In this document: positions 8,454 through 15,193 of the stretch, one piece after another
Layout: every line of letters begins with the position of its first letter
Numbering within the stretch: position 1 is the stretch's first letter
Assembly (NCBI GenBank): GCA_016202335.1
Contig: JACQOX010000075.1
Coordinates: forward strand, 1 to 41,061
From: Deltaproteobacteria bacterium
Lineage (GTDB): Bacteria; UBA10199; 2-02-FULL-44-16
Length of the DNA: 41,061 nt
Direction of reading: 5' to 3'
Made by a program: the position numbers and the translations under genes
The notes under the pieces: model-generated
Database searches by the model: none
What the model was told of the DNA's origin: nothing
The model's input: the letters and a program-made list of their open reading frames with translations, nothing else

Positions 8454-8986
8454 GTCGCCCTCGACTGAGGTTCACCATTTGGATACGCCGTTCGTTTCGA
8501 CCGCTGCAGCGCTTGATCAAGCGGGGCCTGATCAATGTGGCCAGCGATTTCCGTTTTCTTGGCTTCGGCCAGCCGCATTTCTTCGACCGCTTTATCGCCT
8601 TCACTCGCTTGGCGGGCGATGGCATTGGCAGGCCGGTGTTCGGTATTGATCACTTTAAGTTTGTCTTCCGCCTTGTCCGCAATCGCCAATGTCTCCATCG
8701 CACCGTCTTTTTGAATCGACGCGATCTTGGTCTGGTGATCGATGCGGCTTTTCATCATGTTGTTCTGAATGATCCCGGTCCAGACTTGTCCAATGGCGCT
8801 GGCCACGCCGCTGATCGCTGACCCCAGCATGCTCCAGCCCATGGCGCCCATGAGGCTGTCAAAACTTTCACTGAGTGAAGGGCCATAGGTTTCACGGACT
8901 AAGGACGTGTCACTTATTCGAGAATTGATGTCATCGACAACTGATCCGCCTTTGTTCCAAGTTAAATTTGCAAATGGATCACTCAT
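8450..8986 (-). CDS. Hypothetical protein, 178 aa: N-terminal DPF motif, Gly/Ala/Ser-rich hydrophobic segment, charged helical tail.
   Basis: ATGA overlaps occur at both ends (8983-8986 and 8450-8453). The hydrophobic segment is LMGAMGWSMLGSAISGVASAIGQVWTGII. The architecture parallels the gene upstream. Confidence 0.7.
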   Translation of the reverse strand: MSDPFANLTWNKGGSVVDDINSRISDTSLVRETYGPSLSESFDSLMGAMGWSMLGSAISGVASAIGQVWTGIIQNNMMKSRIDHQTKIASIQKDGAMETLAIADKAEDKLKVINTEHRPANAIARQASEGDKAVEEMRLAEAKKTEIAGHIDQAPLDQALQRSKRTAYPNGEPQSRAT

Positions 8987-9468
8987 AATATCTCCTTAAC
9001 CTTTTCCGGGTTTCCATAAAACGCCTGATTCGCCACGTATAGGCTCGCCCGGTTGTCTTTGCCGCGCTCGTGAATGGAAGCGAGCTGCAGCTGCATGTTG
9101 CGTTCCATGCGGTCCTTCTCTTGCTGCGTTTCAAGGTATTTGATCTGGACCTCTTTGCCGTTGTCGCTGCGCTTGCCTTCAAGTTCTATTGCTTTTTCGG
9201 CCACCGCTTTTTGATGGCCGGAGATGGTGGTTTGTGCGTCGTAGGCTTTGCCAATGGTTCCAATCTGAAGAATCCCGAGGATGGTCTGGGCAATGCTGTC
9301 AATGGCCTTACCAGCGAACGACATCCAGAGCCCTTTTCCCGCTTGGTCTATCTGTTTCCCCAGAATATTTTCACCGGCAACCGAATCTAAGCTTATCTTT
9401 GTACTAATGCTAGGCATGGTATTAAATGGATCCCAACCGGGAGATACATACTGAGGTGCGTCTGTCAT
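8983..9468 (-). CDS. Hypothetical protein, 161 aa: N-terminal DPF motif, amphipathic hydrophobic segment, charged helical tail.
   Basis: AAGGAG lies 6 nt upstream of ATG 9468 on the - strand. The N-terminal motif is GWDPFNT and the hydrophobic segment is GLWMSFAGKAIDSIAQTILGILQIGTIG. The tail is rich in K, E and Q. Confidence 0.7.
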   Translation of the reverse strand: MTDAPQYVSPGWDPFNTMPSISTKISLDSVAGENILGKQIDQAGKGLWMSFAGKAIDSIAQTILGILQIGTIGKAYDAQTTISGHQKAVAEKAIELEGKRSDNGKEVQIKYLETQQEKDRMERNMQLQLASIHERGKDNRASLYVANQAFYGNPEKVKEIL

Positions 9469-9498
9469 AATTTTCTCCTTTAAAGTTAAAAGTAAATT

Positions 9499-9849
9499 TT
9501 ATCCTACTGGCCGGCCGACGTCATACGCCTCCCGCCCGTTTGGGACGAGGTGGCTCCCCTTGCGCCTGAGGGCCTTGGTTTCATTTTTCGCATCATTTGC
9601 ATGGGCCAAGTCGACCATGGCCATGGATCCCGCTTCCATGAGCGTCGTTGCCGCCTGTTGATTGGCTTTGTAAGTTTGGGCGTTTTTGAACTCTTCGGCG
9701 TTTTTGGCGTCTTTTGCCTGGGCTTCTTCTTGCTTGTCTTCAGCCTTATTCGCCTGGACCACGGAAACCACGGTGCTGCCGACGCTTGCTGCGGCTGCGA
9801 TGCCTGCGAAGAGGGGGATTAACCAGAGAAAGCCTACAATGCCGATCAT
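9499..9849 (-). CDS. Small membrane protein, 116 aa: N-terminal TM helix plus an Ala/Lys/Glu/Gln-rich tail. First gene of the orphan operon.
   Basis: The ORF-track start at 9930 lies inside the palindrome and has no ribosome-binding site. The internal ATG at 9849 is preceded by AAGGAG with 6-nt spacing. The N-terminus is MIGIVGFLWLIPLFAGIAAAASVGSTVV. Confidence 0.65.
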   Translation of the reverse strand: MIGIVGFLWLIPLFAGIAAAASVGSTVVSVVQANKAEDKQEEAQAKDAKNAEEFKNAQTYKANQQAATTLMEAGSMAMVDLAHANDAKNETKALRRKGSHLVPNGREAYDVGRPVG

Positions 9850-9922
9850 ACGGGACTCCTTGAAGTTTTTACTCTCATAGCCATTATCGGGTGGGGAGGA
9901 GGCCAGAGTTGCGTGCGAACAA

Positions 9923-9953
9923 TTGACCAATAACTGACAGTCAGTTATTGGTC
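9923..9953. promoter_or_regulatory. Perfect 31-bp palindrome, a candidate operator, in the divergent region between the orphan operon and meaB.
   Basis: TGACCAATAACTGAC-A-GTCAGTTATTGGTCA has 15-nt arms with no mismatch. It overlaps a TTGACC hexamer (9922-9927). It ends 5 nt before the meaB ATG (9959). Confidence 0.5.
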
Positions 9954-9958
9954 ATAGT

Positions 9959-10897
9959 ATGACAGTGTCACTTTTGACCCAAGCCCAGCACGGAAATATC
10001 AGAGCCTTAAGCCAACTCATCACCGCCATCGAATCCCACGACAAAGACTCTCTGAATTTGCATTCGGCGGTGTATGACGCCCGCAAAGGCGCCCCTATTT
10101 TGGGGATCACGGGCCCTCCAGGAGCAGGAAAATCCAGTCTCACCGACCGGTTGATCCACCGTTACCGCAAACAGGGGGAACGCGTGGGTATCGTGGCCAT
10201 CGACCCATCGAGCCATTTCACCGGCGGCGCTATACTGGGGGATCGCATCCGCATGATGTCGCATGCCAGCGACCCGGGCGTGTTCATCCGCTCGCTGGGC
10301 ACGCGTGGATCGCACGGCGGACTTTCCCGGGCGACGCAGGACATCGTCGCCTGCTTGGACGCCGCTGGCTTTGACCGGATTATCGTGGAAACCGTGGGCG
10401 TGGGGCAGACGGAGCTCGACATCGCCCGAATTGCCGATACGACACTTATCGTGCTCGTCCCTGAAGCTGGAGACGTCGTGCAAACCATGAAGGCCGGCCT
10501 GTTTGAAGTCGCCGACCTGTTTGTCATCAATAAATCAGATCGCGGTGGCGGGGAAAACCTCTCCACGGCGCTTCAGGGGCAGATGGCCCTTGATGAGAAA
10601 GCCTGGCAGGTACCGGTTCTGCTTGCTTCGGCGCTTAAGGATGAGGGAATAGAAGGAATCCTCGAGCAAATCGAAGCCCACCGCGCCTTTGCCAGAGACA
10701 ATCATGATTATCACACCATGCGCGAGATGCTTCGTCGTGAATTGTTTTTTGATCTCTTGAGCGATGAAATTGCTTCTCGAATGCGGCAAAAAATTGCTCA
10801 CGATAAACACTTGTCGCAACTCCTTGAACACTATGTCCATGAGGGTCGAAATCCCTACGGACTTCTGGCAAAACTTTTGGAGAGCATTGTCCCATGA
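9959..10897 (+). CDS. meaB: Methylmalonyl-CoA mutase-associated G3E GTPase MeaB/ArgK.
   Basis: The P-loop is GITGPPGAGKSSL. Other matching motifs are VETVGVGQ and NKSD, plus the N-terminal RALSQLITAIES helix. The stop overlaps the mutS start as ATGA (10894-10897). Confidence 0.9.
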   Translation: MTVSLLTQAQHGNIRALSQLITAIESHDKDSLNLHSAVYDARKGAPILGITGPPGAGKSSLTDRLIHRYRKQGERVGIVAIDPSSHFTGGAILGDRIRMMSHASDPGVFIRSLGTRGSHGGLSRATQDIVACLDAAGFDRIIVETVGVGQTELDIARIADTTLIVLVPEAGDVVQTMKAGLFEVADLFVINKSDRGGGENLSTALQGQMALDEKAWQVPVLLASALKDEGIEGILEQIEAHRAFARDNHDYHTMREMLRRELFFDLLSDEIASRMRQKIAHDKHLSQLLEHYVHEGRNPYGLLAKLLESIVP

Positions 10898-13800
10898 GCA
10901 CCGCTTTGGCCTCTGACGTCACGCCGATGATGAAGCAGTATTTGAGCATCAAGGAAGACCATCGCGATGCCATTCTGCTGTTTCGACTGGGCGATTTTTA
11001 TGAGATGTTTTTTGACGACGCGGTTGAAGCCTCCAAGATTCTCGATATTGCGCTGACGACCAGGAACCGAAGTGAAGCTCATCAGGTGCCGCTCTGTGGG
11101 GTGCCGTATCATTCCATCCAGCCGTACATCACGAAACTCCTTGAAGCCGGAAAGCGCATCGCCATCTGCGATCAGGTGGAAGATCCCGCTACGGCCAAAG
11201 GTGTGGTGAAGCGCGAAGTCGTGCGCATCATTACTCCCGGCGTGGTCCTTGACGGCGAACACCTCGACGCCAAATCGCATAATTTTCTGGCGGCGGTTAT
11301 TCCCCAGGAAAATTCGTTTGGCTTGGCTTTTGTCGACGTGTCCACAGGTTGGTTTGAAGCTGGAGAAGTGCAGAGTGCGGAAAATCTGCTGGAAGAGATC
11401 GCCCGGCGAAGTCCAAAGGAATTGGTGTTCAATCGGCCTTTGAAGGCTTCACTCAAAGAGACGATTGCTCGATATTTTCCCAAGATGGTGTTTACGGAAA
11501 CTGGTAGGGGCGACCGGCCGGTCGCCCCTACACAATTCGTTGCTCCTACACAATACACTGAAGCCGCCGCGCTTGCCTGGGACTACCTCCGATCCACCCA
11601 GAAGAGCGACCTCCCGCACATCACGTCGATCCAGCCTCTTTCTGGCAGCACCTGTATGCGCCTGGACGAAGCGACGAAGCGCAATCTCGAGCTCGTGGAA
11701 TCCATGCTGAGTGGTGAACGAAGCTATACGCTGCTGGAACATCTGGATCGCACGAAGACATCGATGGGGGCGCGGGCCTTGCGCACCTGGATTCTGCATC
11801 CGCTCCTGGACGAGGCGGTCATCAATGCCCGACTGAATGCCGTTCACAGCCTGATCGAATCTTCGGTAGCCGACGCCATGCGTGAGGCCTTGAAAGAAGT
11901 GTATGACCTTGAACGGATCATGAGCCGCATCGCCATGAAAAATGCGAGCCCACGCGATGTGGTGCATCTTTCCCTGTCGCTCAGCCATATTCCTTCCATT
12001 AAACAAGGGATCGCCAGCTCTCATGGTTTATTGGAAACGCTCGGTCATGAACTCGACGAATTGAGCGATCTTCGTTCGATCATCGCCTCAACGCTTGTTG
12101 AAGAGCCGCCGTTCTCGCCGCGCGATGGAGGCATGATCCGAAATGGCATCTCCACTGACCTCGACGAACTCCGAACCATCTCCCATCACGGCAAAGATTT
12201 CATCGCTCGCTTGGAAGCTCAGGAAAAGGAATCGACCGGGATTGGATCGCTGAAAGTTCGCTATAACAAGGTGTTTGGGTATTACATCGAAGTGACACAT
12301 GCGCATCGCGATAAAATTCCGCTGCATTACATCCGCAAACAGACGCTGGTGAACGCTGAGCGCTACATCACGCCTGAGCTTAAAGAATACGAAGAAAAAG
12401 TCTTGGGCAGCGAAGAGAAATCAAAGGCTTTGGAGTATCATCTCTTTACCGCGCTTCGCGATCAGGTGGCAGAGGCCTTACCGCGCGTGATGCGCACGGC
12501 CAAGGCCGTGGCAGAGCTCGATGCGCTGCTCTCACTTGCGGAAATTGCTTCGGAGTTTGGCTACGTGCGGCCCGACGTGATGCAACAAGATCAACTCGAC
12601 ATCATCGAAGGGAGGCATCCCATCGTGGAGCGGCTCATTCCTGATGAACGATTTGTCCCGAACGACGTCTGCCTGAACGACGCTTCTGGCAGGATGATGG
12701 TGATCACCGGTCCCAACATGTCCGGAAAATCAACGGTCATGCGCCAGACCGCGCTCATCGTGCTCATGGCGCAGATCGGTTCGTTTGTCCCCGCAAAGCG
12801 CGCTGTCATCGGCATCGTGGACCGCATTTTCACCCGCGTTGGTGCTTCCGACGCGTTGGCGCTCGGGAAATCGACGTTCATGGTGGAGATGTCGGAGACG
12901 GCCTTGATTCTCAACCAAGCGACCGAGCGAAGCCTCGTCATTGTCGATGAAATTGGTCGCGGAACCTCGACCTTTGATGGCCTGGCCATCGCCTGGGCAG
13001 TGGCGGAAGACCTTCACGATCGGGTGAAGGCCCGAACGCTTTTTGCAACCCACTATCATGAGCTTACCGACTTGGCGCTCACCAAACCCATGATGAAAAA
13101 TGTTCACATTGCCGTGAAGGAAGTCGACGGGAAGATTGTTTTTCTGCGGAAACTTATTCCCGGGGGAACTTCCCGAAGTTATGGCATCCATGTCGCGAAG
13201 CTCGCCGGCATTCCTGCGGCGGTGATTGATCGCGCGGAGGAAGTCTTGCAAAATCTGGAGCAGGGCGAATTCGACGAAAAAGGTGAGGCGAAGATCGCAC
13301 ATCGCCATAAAAAACTTTCCTCGCAGTTGGGGTTGTTTCTCGCAAAATCAATTTTTCTTTGCATCGTTGGATTCTCGACGCTCGCATCGGCCGAGACAAT
13401 GACTGAAAAGGAACTCTTTGAGCGGGCCAGTCAATTGACCTTCACGGCGCAGAAGACCCAGTCGCAACCCGATGCGCTGGAAGCCATCGATGTGCTCAAT
13501 CAATTTCACATCCGTTATCCCAAATCCAAGCTCGCCGATGATGCACTGTATAGCATCGCCGGGCTTCGCGATGCACCGCTCAAACAAAAGGACAAGGCGG
13601 TTGCCGCGCTCACCGCACTCATCAAACGCTATCCACAGGAAGATAAGGTGACCTCGGCGAAAGCGCTGCTCGCCAAACTCCAAGGCAATGCGACCAAGCC
13701 AAAACCAATTGAAAAACATCCTGCGATCGTCGCAAAAAAATCGGTTGCAGTGGTGGAACCAACGAAAAAAACAATCCCACAGAAGCCATTTGTCCCGAGC

Positions 13801-14934
13801 GGTTCTTACAACCTTGAAGATATCAAGATCTCAGGCAACAACGAGTCAGCGGAACTCATGCTCGACTTCGATCGATCGGTGGCTTTGACGACGACGTATA
13901 TTCCCATGGGGAAACGCACGGGTTCTCCAGCACATATGATTCTAGATATCCCGCATGCGTTTAAAGCTGAGCATTTGCCCAAGAAGATGAACTTTGATTC
14001 ACCGCACGTTGCGTCTGTAAAAATAAAACGGTCTTGGTTTACGAACCGCCTCATCTGCGATCTGGAACTTAAATCAGGCGTTAAATATTCGGTCGAGCAT
14101 CGTCAGAACGATGTCGTGATTTTACTCTCCCAGAAAAAGGGAAATGCTGTTACTACCGCCTCCGAACACAAAGAAGCTCCGACACCTCTTCCCAAACCGT
14201 CGTTTTTTGAAACCAAGCCAGGAACTGCGTTGCATGTAAATGACCGGAAGCTTTTGATCGTCATCGATCCAGGACATGGTGGGGAGGACACAGGTGCCGT
14301 TGGAAAACAGGGGGTCAAAGAAAAGGATGTTGCTCTCACGATCGCCAAGCGGCTCGCCAGGGAACTCAAAACGAATCTTGGGGCGAATGTCATTTTGACG
14401 CGCACGAGCGATGCCACGCTTTCGCTGGAGGAGCGTAACCGCATTGCCAATGAACATGAGGCCGACCTGTTCTTGTCCATTCACGCCAATGCATCGACCG
14501 ACCGAAAGGCCCATGGGCTGCAGACGTATTTTCTGAACGTCGCTACGGACAAGGCTTCCGAAAAGCTGGCGTCGCGAGAAAATGCTTCGGCCAAAAAACC
14601 CCTGCCGGAAGTCGAACACATCCTCTCCAACATGATGCAGACCTATCAGGCAGACGAATCGCAGCTCCTTGCCGCTGATGTGCAAAAATCCATGGTCTCA
14701 GGGGTTTCAAAACACTACGACGGTGTCCGTGATTTAAAAGTTCAATCGGCATTGTTCTATGTGCTGGTGGGGGCGAAGTGTCCGAGCATTCTGATTGAAA
14801 GCTCGTTTATCTCGAACCCCCAGGAAGAGCGGCGGCTCAAGAACGGCTATTATCAAGAGCACCTGGCCAAAGCCATTACTCGCGGGATCAAAAAATACGT
14901 GACGACGCGTGACGCCCGTGCGGCGTCTTTGTGA
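10894..14934 (+). CDS. mutS: DNA mismatch repair protein MutS (residues 1-815), continuing in frame without a stop into a signal-peptide/TPR-like/AMIN/amidase_3 module.
   Basis: The MutS N-terminus is TPMMKQYLSIKEDHRDAILLFRLGDFYEMF. Walker A is GPNMSGKST (about 12707-12733) and DEIGRGTST follows. A clamp-binding-type QLGLF motif is at 13324-13338. It is followed by LAKSIFLCIVGFSTLASA, then an amidase_3 core (VIDPGHGGEDTGA...SIHANA). The ORF track shows no stop between them. Confidence 0.85.
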   Translation: MSTALASDVTPMMKQYLSIKEDHRDAILLFRLGDFYEMFFDDAVEASKILDIALTTRNRSEAHQVPLCGVPYHSIQPYITKLLEAGKRIAICDQVEDPATAKGVVKREVVRIITPGVVLDGEHLDAKSHNFLAAVIPQENSFGLAFVDVSTGWFEAGEVQSAENLLEEIARRSPKELVFNRPLKASLKETIARYFPKMVFTETGRGDRPVAPTQFVAPTQYTEAAALAWDYLRSTQKSDLPHITSIQPLSGSTCMRLDEATKRNLELVESMLSGERSYTLLEHLDRTKTSMGARALRTWILHPLLDEAVINARLNAVHSLIESSVADAMREALKEVYDLERIMSRIAMKNASPRDVVHLSLSLSHIPSIKQGIASSHGLLETLGHELDELSDLRSIIASTLVEEPPFSPRDGGMIRNGISTDLDELRTISHHGKDFIARLEAQEKESTGIGSLKVRYNKVFGYYIEVTHAHRDKIPLHYIRKQTLVNAERYITPELKEYEEKVLGSEEKSKALEYHLFTALRDQVAEALPRVMRTAKAVAELDALLSLAEIASEFGYVRPDVMQQDQLDIIEGRHPIVERLIPDERFVPNDVCLNDASGRMMVITGPNMSGKSTVMRQTALIVLMAQIGSFVPAKRAVIGIVDRIFTRVGASDALALGKSTFMVEMSETALILNQATERSLVIVDEIGRGTSTFDGLAIAWAVAEDLHDRVKARTLFATHYHELTDLALTKPMMKNVHIAVKEVDGKIVFLRKLIPGGTSRSYGIHVAKLAGIPAAVIDRAEEVLQNLEQGEFDEKGEAKIAHRHKKLSSQLGLFLAKSIFLCIVGFSTLASAETMTEKELFERASQLTFTAQKTQSQPDALEAIDVLNQFHIRYPKSKLADDALYSIAGLRDAPLKQKDKAVAALTALIKRYPQEDKVTSAKALLAKLQGNATKPKPIEKHPAIVAKKSVAVVEPTKKTIPQKPFVPSGSYNLEDIKISGNNESAELMLDFDRSVALTTTYIPMGKRTGSPAHMILDIPHAFKAEHLPKKMNFDSPHVASVKIKRSWFTNRLICDLELKSGVKYSVEHRQNDVVILLSQKKGNAVTTASEHKEAPTPLPKPSFFETKPGTALHVNDRKLLIVIDPGHGGEDTGAVGKQGVKEKDVALTIAKRLARELKTNLGANVILTRTSDATLSLEERNRIANEHEADLFLSIHANASTDRKAHGLQTYFLNVATDKASEKLASRENASAKKPLPEVEHILSNMMQTYQADESQLLAADVQKSMVSGVSKHYDGVRDLKVQSALFYVLVGAKCPSILIESSFISNPQEERRLKNGYYQEHLAKAITRGIKKYVTTRDARAASL
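11504..11531. repeat. 28-bp perfect GC-rich palindrome (REP-like) inside the mutS reading frame.
   Basis: The sequence is GTAGGGGCGACCGG|CCGGTCGCCCCTAC. It encodes GRGDRPVAPT in frame. An imperfect 18-nt tandem duplication overlaps it and continues downstream (11524-11541 and 11542-11559, 14/18 identical), encoding APTQFV and APTQYT. Confidence 0.9.
13333..14934 (+). CDS. Possible independently translated N-acetylmuramoyl-L-alanine amidase (AmiC-like, with TPR/YbgF-like and AMIN domains) starting at an internal TTG.
   Basis: A TTG start at 13333 (or 13327) would give MFLAKSIFLCIVGFSTLASA|E, a textbook Sec signal peptide. No clear Shine-Dalgarno sequence lies upstream, so this model is tentative. 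The AMIN-like region is about 13800-14130 and amidase_3 about 14250-14930. Confidence 0.4.
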   Translation: MFLAKSIFLCIVGFSTLASAETMTEKELFERASQLTFTAQKTQSQPDALEAIDVLNQFHIRYPKSKLADDALYSIAGLRDAPLKQKDKAVAALTALIKRYPQEDKVTSAKALLAKLQGNATKPKPIEKHPAIVAKKSVAVVEPTKKTIPQKPFVPSGSYNLEDIKISGNNESAELMLDFDRSVALTTTYIPMGKRTGSPAHMILDIPHAFKAEHLPKKMNFDSPHVASVKIKRSWFTNRLICDLELKSGVKYSVEHRQNDVVILLSQKKGNAVTTASEHKEAPTPLPKPSFFETKPGTALHVNDRKLLIVIDPGHGGEDTGAVGKQGVKEKDVALTIAKRLARELKTNLGANVILTRTSDATLSLEERNRIANEHEADLFLSIHANASTDRKAHGLQTYFLNVATDKASEKLASRENASAKKPLPEVEHILSNMMQTYQADESQLLAADVQKSMVSGVSKHYDGVRDLKVQSALFYVLVGAKCPSILIESSFISNPQEERRLKNGYYQEHLAKAITRGIKKYVTTRDARAASL

Positions 14935-14944
14935 GGAATCGTTC

Positions 14945-15193
14945 ATGCTGATGACAGCTTTTATCTTACTTTCTATTCTTGTGTTTCTCCTTCTGATCGG
15001 CAATTACGTCATGAACCAACGCTATTTAAAGAAAAAGACGTCGCAGACCATGCGACCTGAAGTGTGGAATGAAATTGAAAATGAAATGAATGCGGCACTC
15101 GCTCGGCGGAACAAATTCAAAATAACGCTCGAGCAGGTTCAACAAAAATCGCACAGGGAGTTGGCAGACAATGGCGAAGATCAGAATCTGTAA
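14945..15193 (+). CDS. Small membrane protein, 82 aa, hypothetical.
   Basis: GAGGA lies 7 nt upstream of ATG 14945. There is one N-terminal TM segment (MLMTAFILLSILVFLLLIG) and a charged tail. The ORF-track start at 14909 overlaps the amidase 3' end and has no ribosome-binding site. Confidence 0.5.
   Translation: MLMTAFILLSILVFLLLIGNYVMNQRYLKKKTSQTMRPEVWNEIENEMNAALARRNKFKITLEQVQQKSHRELADNGEDQNL

Noticed and set aside
8450-9849. A remnant Microviridae-like prophage. The small proteins loosely resemble DNA pilot proteins, with a Gly-rich hydrophobic N-part and a Q/K/E-rich coiled tail.
   Set aside because: No major capsid, replication initiator or scaffold genes are present. There are no att-like repeats. 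The resemblance is compositional only. I kept it as an orphan operon instead.
9850-9930. A longer version of the first orphan-operon gene, starting at 9930 (143 aa).
   Set aside because: That start lies inside the 31-bp palindrome and has no ribosome-binding site. The internal ATG at 9849 has a perfect AAGGAG with 6-nt spacing and starts exactly at the TM helix.
11510-11518. The RGD tripeptide in MutS considered as an integrin-binding motif.
   Set aside because: It is a by-product of translating the GC-rich palindrome within a cytoplasmic DNA-repair protein. There is no reason to infer adhesion function.
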